Source: Octopus sinensis (Eukaryota). From it: DNA of 64,000 nucleotides. The notes under the pieces are model-generated. The model was given only the letters and a program-made list of their open reading frames with translations. It was not told the origin of the DNA and searched no databases. Position numbers and translations under genes: made by a program. Positions 24,970 to 37,399 of this stretch are shown here, in pieces. How positions within the stretch are numbered: the first letter of the stretch is position 1; each line of letters starts with the position of its first letter. Location: NCBI RefSeq assembly GCF_006345805.1, contig NC_043010.1, positions 15,748,001-15,812,000 on the forward strand. The letters run 5' to 3'.

Positions 24970-26786
24970 TCTAGCTAGACCGCTTCAAATCCTTTTCCAG
25001 GAGTCCCTCAGGATGGGGAAACTACCAAAAAAAAACTAAAAGAGGGAATAATATGCCCTATCCATAAGGGAGGAAGCAGGACAGAGGCTAGGAATTATAG
25101 ACCTGTCTCCCTGACCTCCCACATCAGTAAAGTCATGGAGCGCATTGTCAAGAAAAGACTGATTGAGTTCCTTGAGGACAACGACCTGCTCTCTGACACC
25201 CAACATGGCTTTCACCCGGGAAGGAGCTGTCTTACACAGCTTCTGTGACATTATGACTGGGTACTGAAGCAATTAATGAACTGCGCAAAGGTGGATGTGG
25301 TATACCTCGACTTTGTGAAGGCATTTGACAAGGCCGACTATGGAATGATATGCCACAAAATACGGGGACTCGGCATCACAGGTAAAGTCGGAGAATGGCT
25401 GCATGATTTCCTGAAGGACATAAGCCAAACTGTAGCAGCCAGCGGAGCTCTCTCCACAGAGACACCAATAGTGAGTGGAGTGCCCCAGGGCACTATGCTG
25501 GGGCCACTGCTTTTCATGGTAGCCCTATCGGATCTGCCATCAGTGACAGAGGCAGCCATGCTTACCAGCTGTACCGACGACACAAAAGTCAGTCAGCAAG
25601 GAAACCGCTGATGCTACGCTCTTACACAAAGATCTAGATGCCATCTATACATGGGCTGAGGATAACAACATGCAATTTAACCCTTTAGTGTGCGCATTAT
25701 TCTACCAAAATTAATGCTTTTTCATCCACATTGCCTTGAACTAATCAGGCATTATCTTGTAGCTTTGAGATTCTGATGAGGTAGCTGTTAATTTTTAAAA
25801 TGATATTGTAGGGTTGGTGTGAGAGACCAGATTTGGCCATTTTGAACATAAAACAGGCAGAATACTTTTGGCCGGATATGGCCAGTTTAAATGCTAAAGG
25901 GTTAATGCAAGTAACTTCCAGGCTCTCCTCTACCATTTAAGCACTGCTCAGGAATCACGACATCAGTACACTGGACCTAGCAGAGCAACGATCCCAGAAT
26001 CAAATATGGTGCATGATCTTGGAATAGAAATGAGCAACAATGCCTCATTTCACACGCATATCAACAAAATGGTAGCAGTATCCAGAAGACTGGCCGGTTG
26101 GATTCTGAGAATCTTCTAGACGAGGGACCAAGAAACTATGATGACACTATGGAAGTCATTTATCCTCAGCTGACTGGACTACTGCTCTCAGCTATGGTCA
26201 CCTTATACTACAAGGACAATAGCAGAGCTTGAAGCAGTCCAACAACATTACACAAAGAAAATTGCATCAATGGAACGACTGAGCAACTGGGACAGATTGA
26301 CAGAGCTACAACTCTATTCCCTGGAATGAAGGCGTGAGAGGCATGCAGTGATATATATATGGAAGATATTGGAAGGACTGGTACCAAACTTTGGAATAAA
26401 GAGCTATACCAGACCACGAACAGGACGTCACGGTGCTGTCCCCATTGTGCCGACTGCTTTATCTTGGGTAAGGACGATGTACTGCAATAGCTTGAGTTTC
26501 AAGGGTCCACAGCTGTTTTACTGTTTGCCGAAGCATCTGAGGAGCCTCCATGGAGTGGATGTAGACGTTTTCAAACCTGAACTTGATCTCTGGCTCGCCG
26601 AGATCCTGGATGAGCCAATATCTAAGCAAGACACTCAAAAGAAAGCAGTAGCATCGAACTCTATCCTTCACCAAAAGCCGCTCCGACAAAGGTGGAGAGT
26701 GGAAAGATGATCACAATGGCGGTGCTCCAGCATGGCCACAGTCATTGGACTGAAACATATAGAAAAAAAAGAAAAGAAAAAAGAAA
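24970..26786 (+). mobile_element. CR1/L2-group LINE, decayed RT and 3' end
   Basis: NYRPVSLTSHISK, QHGF..GRSC, YLDFVKAFD, SGVPQGTMLGPLLF, TDDTK, YIWKILEGLVPN. Multiple stops. Tail ggcggtgctccagcatggccacagtcattggactgaaaca plus an A-rich run. Confidence 0.92.
25681..25901. mobile_element. piggyBac-like MITE (221 bp) inserted in the CR1-like RT
   Basis: TTAA|CCCTTTAG...CTAAAGGG|TTAA. Removing it restores the LINE frame M-Q-F-N-A-S. Older copy at 11017-11235 and a right half at ~12655-12807. Confidence 0.9.
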
Positions 26787-26956
26787 AGGCGTAGGAGTGG
26801 CTGTGTGATAAGTAGCTTGCTTACGAACCACATGGTTCCGGGTTCAGTCCCACTGCGTGGCACCTTGGACAAGTGTCTTCTACTATAGCCTCGGGCTGAC
26901 CAAGGCCTTGAGTGGATTTGGTAGGCGGAAACTGAAAGAAGCCCGTCGTATATATG

Positions 26957-26987
<31 letters not shown>

Positions 26988-27200
26988 TTATGTGTCTGTG
27001 TTTGTCCCCCCCGCCAACATTGCTTGACAACCGATGCTGGTGTGTGTACGTCCCTGTAACTTAGCAGATCGGTAAAAGAGACCGATATAATAAGTACTAG
27101 GCTTACAAAGAATAAGTCCCGGAGTCGACTTGCTCGACTGAAGGCGGTGCTCCAGCATGGCCACAGTCAAATGACTGAAACAAGTAAAAGAGTAAAGAGT
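26787..27200 (+). mobile_element. SINE family A (tRNA-like head, internal (TA)/(TG) microsatellite, second half with CR1-like tail). Other near-full copies: 7420-7712(-), 11325-12003(-), 13001-13413(-), 23978-24393(-), 29555-29935(-), 42995-43395(-), 50333-51085(+), 58972-59372(-), 61025-61420(-); 5'-truncated 21567-21860(+)
   Basis: A box TGGCTGTGTGG, B box GGTTCAGTCC, accttgggcaagtgtctt (CORE-domain-like), tail gactgaaacaagtaaaagag. Many highly similar copies. Confidence 0.9.
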
Positions 27201-27920
27201 AACCGAAAAAATTTTTTTCATTTTTATGAAATTTAGCTAAAGGGAGGTAACTGTGCAAAACATTTAAACATTTCGTTTTTGGATTTGGTTTGCAAGATTC
27301 TTTATGTGAGTTCGTGTGTTGAAGCATATTGTATCTGGGGAGAGTCATTTTCTTTTAATGCCTTATTATTTAACACACTCGCCAGTAAAATTTCCACTTA
27401 TTTACTTATTTATCCTTCTGAAATTTTCATTGCCTCTTGCAACCTTTTCAATAGTTGTTGACTGTCTGTTATTCAAGCTGCTGGGCCTCACAGAGGCAAT
27501 GTCTATTATTCTATCAGGGTTCTAGTTTTTAGAAATTCACCCAAATGCAATCAAGTATAAAAATTTCAAAGTTAGTCATGTGTGAACTTTTTTGATCAAA
27601 TACAAAAAAAAAAAAGCATTGATTTTCATTGTTTTCTTGCAAAAGCTCATCAAAATATAATACAGGACTTATGGAGTTACAAAATAGTTGTATGCTTAAA
27701 GCACACAGTATGGTGAGATTCAGTAACCAGGTTTTGAGTTGGTGTTCTGTTTGCTATGGGTAAGTCTTCTTGAGCACAGCAGAGGGATCTTTTCGGTTTG
27801 AACGGCAGTTTTTTTCTAGCGGTGTCATATGTAATTGTCACCCATAGTTATGACCCTAGAATCAATCTATTGCATTTCAATCTATTTTAGGGTTACGGTT
27901 AGTTAGGGTTAGGTTTAGGG

Positions 27921-27967
<47 letters not shown>

Positions 27968-28222
27968 GATATACACACGTATATATATTTATATATATAT
28001 ACATATATACGTGTATTTACCCACACACGCATATATCCTATATACATATATATACATATATGCTTACATACATACATACATACATATATATATATATATA
28101 TTGTGACGTATATTTGTCATTTGAATATGGCTAACCCCTAAGGGTGTAGCCCCAGGAAGACACCTCCTCCAGCTGGCTATAGACACACTTTCTGTGCCCT
28201 ATCACTCTGAGATTTATCATTG

Positions 28223-28259
<37 letters not shown>

Positions 28260-28293
28260 TATATATGTATGTATATATGTATGTATGTATATC

Positions 28294-28331
<38 letters not shown>

Positions 28332-28376
28332 ATCCATATATATGTATATCTATATATATGTATATCTATATATATA

Positions 28377-28518
<142 letters not shown>

Positions 28519-30469
28519 ATATATACATGTATATATATTTATATGCATAAATACATGCATTCATACATATACACGTGTATATACCCACATATGCATATAT
28601 ACTATCTAAAACAAACTATAAACCTGATCAAGTCCAAAGGGTAGTACTAGATATGGTGAGGACTTTATAGAGTTTTGGGGGTGTAATTAAATGTAGTCCC
28701 CGTAACTTAGCGGTTCTGCAAAAGTGACCGATAGATTAAGTACTATGCCTACAAAGAATAAGTCCTGTGGTTGAACTGCTCTCGAATAAAGGCGCTGCTC
28801 CAGCATGGCCGCAGTCAAATAACTGAAAAAGTGTAAAAGAATAAAAGGCAACAAAAGTGTTATATTCTCCTAGCCGCATAATTAAGGGAGATAACTGAAA
28901 AATATCTTTAAATAGTTACTTCCCTTGCATCATATAAAAAAAGACATCAAAGTATAAAATTTAAGTTTGTTCGTTTTCCGCTTGCGAAAGGGACACGACC
29001 ATTCGCGCACAAACAGACACGCATACACATCTAAGGGCACCAAGCATTCGCGTAGGAACAGACAAACATACACGTGTAACTTTTCCGCTGTTAACTTTAA
29101 CAAATAAACATTAACTATCTTATAATTTACATTTAATTACACCCTACAACTATATAAAGTACTAACAATGGATTTTTTCGGTTTGAACGGCAGTTTTTAA
29201 CATAATTTCTAGGTAACTAAAAAATTTTAAACTTCGTATACTGGTAGAATGTGTTTATAAAACATCTTTTTCTCTTGGCTTTATTGAGAAAATTCTATAG
29301 TTTGTAAGATATTTGTTGGTTTTTTTTCCTTCAATTTCTGCATCTTACAAACAATAACTGTCTAACACCCGTGGACATATTTTCAGCCAAATATTTACCA
29401 ATTTCAACGGATTTCATTCAAATTTGATGTCTCTGTCACTTATTTTGGTTTGAAATAAAGCACTTGATCATTTAATAATCCTAAGTTAATTCCGGGCAAT
29501 GCCAGGCTATACTGTTAGTTATATATAAAGACAGCACATTTCTGGGCATGTTTACTCTTTACTCTTTTACTTGTTTCAGTCATTTAACTGTGGCCATGCT
29601 GGAGCACCGCCTTTAGTTGAGCAAATCGACCCCGGGACTTATTCTTTGTAAGCCCAGTGCTTATTCTATCGGTCTCTTTTGCCGAACTGCTAAGTGACGG
29701 GGACATAAACACACCAGCATCGGTTGTCAAGCAATGCTAGGGGACAAACACACACATACATTTATATATATATATACATATATACGATAGGCTTCTTTCA
29801 GCTTCCGTCTACCAAATCCACTCACAAGGCATTGGTCGGCCCGGGGCTATAGCAGAAGACACTTGCCCAAGATGTCACGCAGTGGGACTGAACCCGGAAC
29901 CATGTGGTTGGTTAGCAAGCTACTTACCACAGAAAAACAAAGTTAAAGTGAGACAACAACATTCTCTAAGATATACGACCATTGCTTATAGGACTGAAAA
30001 TGTAAATGTGTTTTTGACATTTAACCATAAAACAACAGGCATTCATAATATTTGACGGCTATGATGAATCATCATCATCATCATCATCATCATCGTTTAA
30101 CGTCCGTTCTCCATGCTAGCATGGGTTGGACAGTTCGACCGGGGTTCTGGGAAGCCAGAAGGCTGCACCAGGCTCCAGTCTAATCTGGCAATGTTTCTAC
30201 AGCTGGATGCCCTTCCTAACGCCAACCACTCCGTGAGTGTAGTGGGTGCTTTTTACGTGCCACCTGCACAGGTGCCAGGTGAGGCTGGCAACGGCCATGA
30301 TCTGACTGGTGTATTTTATGTGCCACCGGCACGGAAGCCAGTCGAGGCGGTGCTGGCATCGGCCATCATTTTGAATAAAACCCATCTTTTGGTATTTAGC
30401 TCCTAACCACAAAGCAATTCCACTCAACGTACTGGTGGGGATACTTCAACTATCTCCATCCATACTCTA

Positions 30470-30857
30470 TAGAGAAAAAGACAGAATTATACCTGAGCTC
30501 CTTTTCAAACTACACCCATCTAACACCCGTGGACATATTTACAAAGTCAGAAAACAGCACAGCTCCCATGACTTCAGGAAACATTTTTTCATGCTGAGAG
30601 TTGCTGAAGCCTGGAACAAACTGCCAGCATCAGTTGTTAGTTGTCGGAGCACTGCATCCTTCAAAACTTTCATGCTTTCTGAGATTCACCAACACTACAC
30701 CTGATTTTCTCCCCTCCATACACACGCAAGCATGTATCTGACTCATACACTGTTCACTTCCCAGGCATTTGTACATTACTGCATATACTTTATATGCACT
30801 TTTGACAAGTTGTGGTGCACCTGAGCACTGTATACAAAAATTTCATTATTATTATAC
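30470..30857 (+). mobile_element. CR1-clade LINE 3' end (different family)
   Basis: NTRGHIYKVRK..FRKHFFMLRVAEAWNKLP..FK, the classic CR1 C-terminus. (ATT)n tail. Confidence 0.85.
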
Positions 30858-31104
30858 ATACTCTATGTGTTGATTTTGAATACATGCTGCAGATAAGTGG
30901 GCACAACAGTTCCATTTACCAAATCCACTCTGAAGATCTTGGTCAACATGGGGGGAAAAAAACACTTGCCCAAGGTGTCACACATCAGGAATCGAACCCT
31001 AAACCATTTGTTAATGAAACTGAGTTCATTTCCACAGGATTGTGGTGTGGCACAAATATATATGTTTAAATAAGATATAATATGAAGCACCATTTGGGTG
31101 TGGC

Positions 31105-31262
31105 CGTTGCCTACCAGAAAACTCTGAAACTCTTTATATAGCTATGGTGTGACCTCACCCGGAATTTGCATCACTGGTCTGAAACCCCTATCTTGCCCAG
31201 GATATTAATCGTCTGGAAACCGTTCAGCGACGTGCAACCAAGAGAATACCCTCCATCAGGGT
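31105..31262 (+). mobile_element. CR1-clade RT-thumb fragment
   Basis: Translates as LYIAMV*PHPEFASLV*NPYLAQDINRLETVQRRATKRIP. Confidence 0.7.
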
Positions 31263-31730
31263 ATTCTCTGGCCCTCATGCCGGTGGCACGTAAAAGCACC
31301 CACTACACTCTCGGAGTGGTTGGTGTTAGGAAGAGCATCCAGCTGTAGAAACTCTGCCAGATCAGATTGGAGTCTGGTTCGCCAGACCTCAGTCAAATCG
31401 TCCAACCCATGCCAGCATGGAAAGCGGACGTTAAATGATGATGATACAAGAAAATGGTGCTCTGTTATATTGGTTTGACTGATTTTCAATCTGGCATTTG
31501 GTGCCTGGTTGTCTGTTACTCAAGATCTGAAATACAGTGGAATCATGATACGGTGCCATCCATCAGTGTTCACAAAATATCATCAAGCGATATTGTCTGT
31601 GCTTTTTAGCATTTGTCATCTACACAAGATGATTTCTGTGGTTAGTCTAAGGCATTGTTAACAGCACATCCAAATTAGGTTGGATATGCTAATTAATGTC
31701 CATTACAATGGCTACTTCTGCTACTAACAG

Positions 31731-31775
<45 letters not shown>

Positions 31776-32309
31776 CAGATATAGGGTGAAAGATAATTTA
31801 ATAAAATCAACAAATTTCACCTACTAGTATTTCGGTATGGAAAAGGACCATATTTGGTAAAAACTTATATAATTATAACAATAAGGGTTTTGCAACAAGT
31901 TGCTTGATCACATAACGAAAATTTTAGAAATAGCAGCCAAAGGACTACTATTTCCTTTTTCTACAAAAATATGCCTCCACAGACAACAATATTTGTAGCT
32001 CACAAATACGTGTGTGTATATATCATCATCATCATTTAACATCCGCTTTCCATGCTAGCATGGGTTGGACAGTTCAACTGGGGCCTGGGAAGCCAGAAGG
32101 CTGCACCAGGCCCAGTCTGATCTGGCAATGTTTCTACGGCTGGATGCCCTTCCTAACGCCAACCACTCCATGAGTGTAGTGGGTGCTTTTTACGTGCCAC
32201 CGGCACAGGTGCCAGACGGGGCTGGCAAACGGCCACGGTCGGATGGTGCTTTTTACGTGCCACCGCACAGAGGCCAGTCGAGGCGGTGCTGGCAACGGCC
32301 ACGATCGGA

Positions 32310-32348
<39 letters not shown>

Positions 32349-32351
32349 CAC

Positions 32352-32386
<35 letters not shown>

Positions 32387-33214
32387 CGTACACACATATA
32401 TATATATAATAATAATAGTAAAAGCAAAATTCTGTCTGTCCATCTGGGACCCTTGTATCCCAGTCTACATTTGCTCCACATCATAGACATATTGTACTTT
32501 TTGGGAATTAGCCAGGATAATCCCAGGATTGAAAAATCTGTCCTTCATTTGGTTCTGGAACATCCAGCATTAGGATCTGATTTAAAAGCATTTGGGTTGC
32601 TATTTCAAGCAGGTAAAGCTACCGTAAGACGTGTTCGGGGTCATCGTCTTATTAAGAGAGGCAAACAAGAGTTACCTCCCTTAGACTAAAGTTATACAAA
32701 GGAATTTAGTGGTTCTTTTATCTTTTTCAGTCATCCGACTGTGGCCATGCTGGGGCACTGCCTTGAAAGATTTTAATCGGAAAAAGATGACACCATTTCT
32801 TTCTTTTTTATGCTTGGTACTTTTTTTATAGGCCTCTTTTACTGAACCGCTAGGTCACATGAACTTAAACACACCAATACCTATTTCTTTCCTACCTACA
32901 AGGGGCTAAACATAGCGGGGACAAACAAGGACAGACAAAGGTATTAAGTCGATTAGATCGACCCCAGTGCGTAACTGGTACTTTATTTATCGACCACGAA
33001 AGGATGAAAGGCAAAGTCGACCTTGGCGGAATTTGAACTCAGAACGTAACGGCAGACAAAATACTGCTAGGCATTATGCCCGGCGTGCTAACGTTTCTGC
33101 CAGCTCGCCGCCTATACCAGTTATCAAGTGGGGGGTGGGGACAAACAGACACAAAGCCACAATATACATACATATATATATATATCTTCTATAATTGTTT
33201 CTCTTATTAATTTA

Positions 33215-33688
33215 ATAACTACTGAGTTTCTTAAATTTTTGGATCTTCCTGGAATGCTTTCTCACAAACTGATATTGAAGAAGAAAGGAGTTCCAATCAT
33301 GCTTTTGAGAAATCTGGATCCCCCAAAGCTGTGCCATGGAACAAGATTGATCGTCAGTCAAATGCATCCACATCGTTTGGAGGCAACAATCTTCACTGAG
33401 CAAGGAAAGGGAGAAAATGTGTATATTTCAAGAATTCCACTGATTCCAGCAGACATGTCCTTAGAATTCAAGTAACTTCAATTTCCAGTAAGAGTTAATT
33501 TTGCAATGTCAATTAACAACAGTCAAGAACAACCACTCAAAATTGTTGGACTTCACCTCTGGCAGCACAGCTTTTCCCATGTTCAGGTCAATGTTGATTG
33601 TTCTCAAGTTGAAAATTGCTGCAATTTCTTCATACTCACACTAAATGGTAAAACCAAGAATATTGTTTATCCTGCTGCTTTACAGTAA
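33215..33688 (+). pseudogene. Helitron Rep/Hel PIF1-type helicase C-terminal relic
   Basis: TEFL..LD.PG...HKL.LK.GVPIMLLRNLDPPKLCHGTRL..RIPLIP.D...EFK*LQFPV...FAMSIN.SQ.Q.L..VGL..FSH.Q..V..S...GKTKNIVY. In-frame stop and decay. Confidence 0.9.
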
Positions 33689-33834
33689 TTTCCAAATGTC
33701 ACAGTGATACAAAATTCTCCAAATGTGATACTCTGTTATATGAATCTGAGATGGTAGATATAATTATTTCTCACTTCAGTTTTCGGCTGCAGGCCCAATT
33801 AGCCCTCTGCAAAGAGTATGGCTTTGAAGCTAGT

Positions 33835-34866
33835 ATCATCATCATCATCGTTTAATGTCCATTTTCTATGCTGGCATGGGTTGGATGGTTTGATTCAGGT
33901 CTGGAAAGCCAGCAGCTGCACCAGGCTCCAGTCTGATCTGGCAGAGTTTCTACAGCTGGATGCTCTTCCTAACGCCAACAACTCTGGGAGTGTAGTGGGT
34001 GCTTTTTACGTGCCACTGGCATTGGAGCCAGTTGTGGCGGGGCACTGGCATCAACTACATTCAGGTGGTGCATTTTATGTGCCACCAGCACTGATCACAG
34101 CTACGATATTGGTTTTACTTGACTCAACAGGTCTTCTCAAGCACATCATATAGCCCGATGCATCAAGGGTACTATTAAACAGGCAGGACTTGCAACACTG
34201 GCATCGCCCATGGCTGTGATCTCACTTTAGTTACTGGGTCTTCTCAGTCACAGCAAATCTCCAAAGTTCTCGATCTCCTGTCATTGCTTCTGTGAGGCCC
34301 AACTTTCAAAGGTCATGCTTCATCACCTAATCCTTTGTCTTCCTGGAGGCTACCTCATTGACAGGTTCCTTCCACAGTTAGGGTGCGTCACTTACTCACA
34401 TAGCTGCCTTCATCCATACATAACACATGACCATACCAGTGCAGTCGTCTCTCTTTCACCCACATTTGAGTCTTCTTATGTCCAAATTTTCACTCAGAGC
34501 CCTCACACTCTGTTCTGTATGCACACTGACATTACACATCCAGCGGATTATACTAGCTTCATTTCTTTCAAGCCTACACATGTCCTCAGCAGTCATGGCC
34601 CATGTTTCACTGCTGTGCAGCATGGCAGTTTGCACACATGCATCATACACTCTACCTTTCATCCTGTGCGAGAGGACCTTTGTTGTCAGCAGAGGTAGGA
34701 GTTCCCTGAACTTTGCCCAGGCTATTCTCATTCTAGCCGTTACACTCTCAGAGCAACCACCCACACTACAGGCTTGGTCACCTAGGTAGTGGAAGCTATC
34801 AACTACTTCTGGCTTTTCCTCCTGGCATGTGATGGAATCTGTTTTCTGTACATCTTCAGTGTTGGT
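33835..34866 (-). mobile_element. RTE LINE 3' fragment, same family
   Basis: VVDSFHYLGDQ..RIAWAKFRELLPLL..ETWAMTAEDM, then the 3' UTR and (GAT)n tail. Confidence 0.9.
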
Positions 34867-35036
34867 TAGACTTGATTGATCAAATCTAGGGCACATATGT
34901 AAATAGAAGAATGATTATGTGTGATCCATTGACCCATGATGGATGTGCTGTACCTTCATCAAATTGAAACCAGCTTTGTCTTTTCTGACATGCTAGTCTT
35001 CAATGGTATAGTTATTTCATTCCATGAAATAACTAT

Positions 35037-35240
35037 TAAGGTGGCGAGCTGGCAGAAACGTTAGCACGCCGGGCGAAATGCGTAGCCGTATTTCGTCGAG
35101 GTCGACTTTGCCTTTCATCCTTTCAGTGTTGATTAAATAAGTACCAGTTATGCACTGGGGTCGATATAATCGACTTAATCCATGTGTCTGTCCTTGTTTG
35201 TCCCCTCTGTGTTTAGCCCCTTGTGGGTAGTAAAGAAATA
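35037..35240 (+). mobile_element. SINE family D with 22-bp TSD ggtatagttatttcattccatg. Other copies: 4690-4903(-), 32881-33114(-), 49847-50080(+); fragments at 6618-6800 and 13495-13575
   Basis: ggcgagctggcagaaacgttagc head, B box gagttcaaattcc, central gcctttcatcctttcggggtcgata domain. TSD at 35005-35026 and 35241-35262. Confidence 0.88.
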
Positions 35241-36588
35241 GGTATAGTTATTTCATTCCATGTTTACCCTGATTGTGCAGACTTGTGATTTGAAGTATTC
35301 CAATCATGACCATCTCATCATTTCTTCAAGCATGTGTATTTAGGATTACATTGCAGAATAGGACTCTCCCTTTCTAAGGTAGCAAGCTGTCATTTGTAAA
35401 GGGTTTGGTTCCTTCATTGTCATGACACAGTGGTTGATGTTGATTAGCTCCATGTCAATCCAGATAAAGCACACCTACAATAGAAAACATTCCAGTGATG
35501 AATATTCCATTTAATATTCAAACACATTGTAAGAAAGCATAAGTGAAGGCAGACTTGAGTTTGGTCACTCATCTTTAGAAATGGCTAAATCTACCCCATA
35601 CTACATCTTAACTCCAATACCAACCTTAACCATGTTTAAAAGAATATAAGTGGGAGATTGTCTTTGTGACTGTAGTGTTGGCGGTCAGTGTTATGGGCCA
35701 TGATGAGCTATGTGGAGAGGATGACAGATGAGGTGGGCAGAAGTAGGGCTTGCAGGGGCTAGCGGAAGAGTAAAGGGCGCATGCGTGGCAAGAAGCATGT
35801 GTGGTCAGCGAGGAAGCACATGTGGTCAGTGAGGAAGCGTGGTCAGTTCCAGCATAGACGGCAAAGCGACAGGACGTGTTGAATTCGTGAGAGACGGCTG
35901 ATTTTGCTGAGATAAGGCCTTTTGTATTTCTTGCTCCCATTGCTTCTGTTTTCTGTTGTCCTTTTCCCCCATCACACTACAGTGACATATCAATCTCTAA
36001 AGAAACTTCCAATCATAAGGATGAAAGAGGTTAAAAAAAAAAAGGCGAATACTTTAGCCTAAAGTTTAGAGTTTTATTATTGCAAAAGACATGGCCATGC
36101 TCTTATTGAAATTGTTAATGGTAAAATACAATTGCTGCATAGTAACAGAAAGATAGGTGCTGAGGATATCGAGCACTATGAAAGACATGTTTGTGGTCAC
36201 TGAGAAGAGAAAGACTCAATGTTGTTTCGCCCCAGATCAGCCCTAATTGAAATGACCATATGATCGAGAAGCATTCAAGCCGTGATCATCCATCCTTTTT
36301 TTAGGGACTACATAGGAGTGCATTATCGAAAGGGTCTTCTTTTCATTTAAGATCCCCAAGGAGATAAAAGAATGCAGTCGTTTACAATCGATCCGTTAGG
36401 ATCGTTTGAAAGATTGCTCTTAATGATAAGACACACTGTCATTTGTTTCTATCGGCTGGTAACATGTAGAAGCTGGATGAGATTCAATGAAGTTGAAATC
36501 GGGATCCTTCGGATGTTGTAATCAGATGTGCTTTTCAGAGATTATAATTCAAACTATATAAGATTCAAAATATATATTTATATCTCTA

Positions 36589-37085
36589 CTAGCAGTATTG
36601 CCTGGCTTTGCAAAATGGTCACATTTAATTCAAAGCGTTAAAAATGTTATGAAAACAATTGGTATGTGTTCACAAAATCCAAACGATTAATACGAAAAAA
36701 CCCTCCAGGCTACATCCCGAAAAATAATTTCTTTGCCGAATTTCTACAGTGTTTACGGCGATTTGTTTTTATATCTTGATTTTTTATTTTTCATGCAATT
36801 TACGCATGCTTGCACGCGTGGTGAACACAGTTCACGTCAAACAGCTGACTGAGTAAAGTTCACTATTCAATGTATGGGATAAGGCCTAAACAAACACATT
36901 ATCGATTTTTGTACTTGTGAGATGAATTTCGGAAAAGAAATAGCGCAGTTCAATTTTCATTCGCCTAAACTTTAAGTGACCCATTTTTGGTGGTTCTATG
37001 ATTTGTTGGCTAGGAGGAGATGTGCCAGGAAGTTAAACACACAGATACACACACAGACACACAAGTTGAATTTTATATATATAGA
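36589..37085 (-). mobile_element. Non-autonomous Helitron, related termini and different interior; a third 3' end lies at ~29490-29518(+)
   Basis: TCTATATATA 5' end and ccaggcaatactgCTAG|T 3' end, matching the 62527 element. Confidence 0.7.
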
Positions 37086-37399
37086 GGTAAGCCTTGTTTG
37101 AACGAACTTATGATCAAAGTAGGCCAGGGCTGTATCCGTGAAGGAGTATATTGTTTTTTTTTATATGCAGAAATGTATGTTTATGTATGTGATTGTTTGC
37201 ATATATTTTTTCAAACGAGTGCATTTTAGAAGGGTAATGAAGGAGAAAGAAATAGAAAGGAGTGAACTGCTTTAAAATGGAATAGAAAGACAGAAAGAGG
37301 GACAAAAAGAGAATTTATGTACCTGTCCCATCAAAACCTGATGAATCTAAAAACAACTTTGCTGATTTCTACATGAAACAATTTGAAGAAAGAAAAGTT

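Noticed and set aside
27886-27922. Interstitial telomere
   Set aside because: There are only a few degenerate TTAGGG units, and they are internal to a MITE family.
31450-31710. Possible very decayed CR1-like RT on the minus strand (CVDDK motif)
   Set aside because: It has too many stops and frameshifts to support by eye and needs a profile search.
32420-32689. Non-repetitive-looking part of the 168-aa ORF
   Set aside because: The reverse strand contains the family-E motif (ttgaaatagcaacccaaat) and an (ATT)n tail, so it is likely an antisense retroposon remnant.
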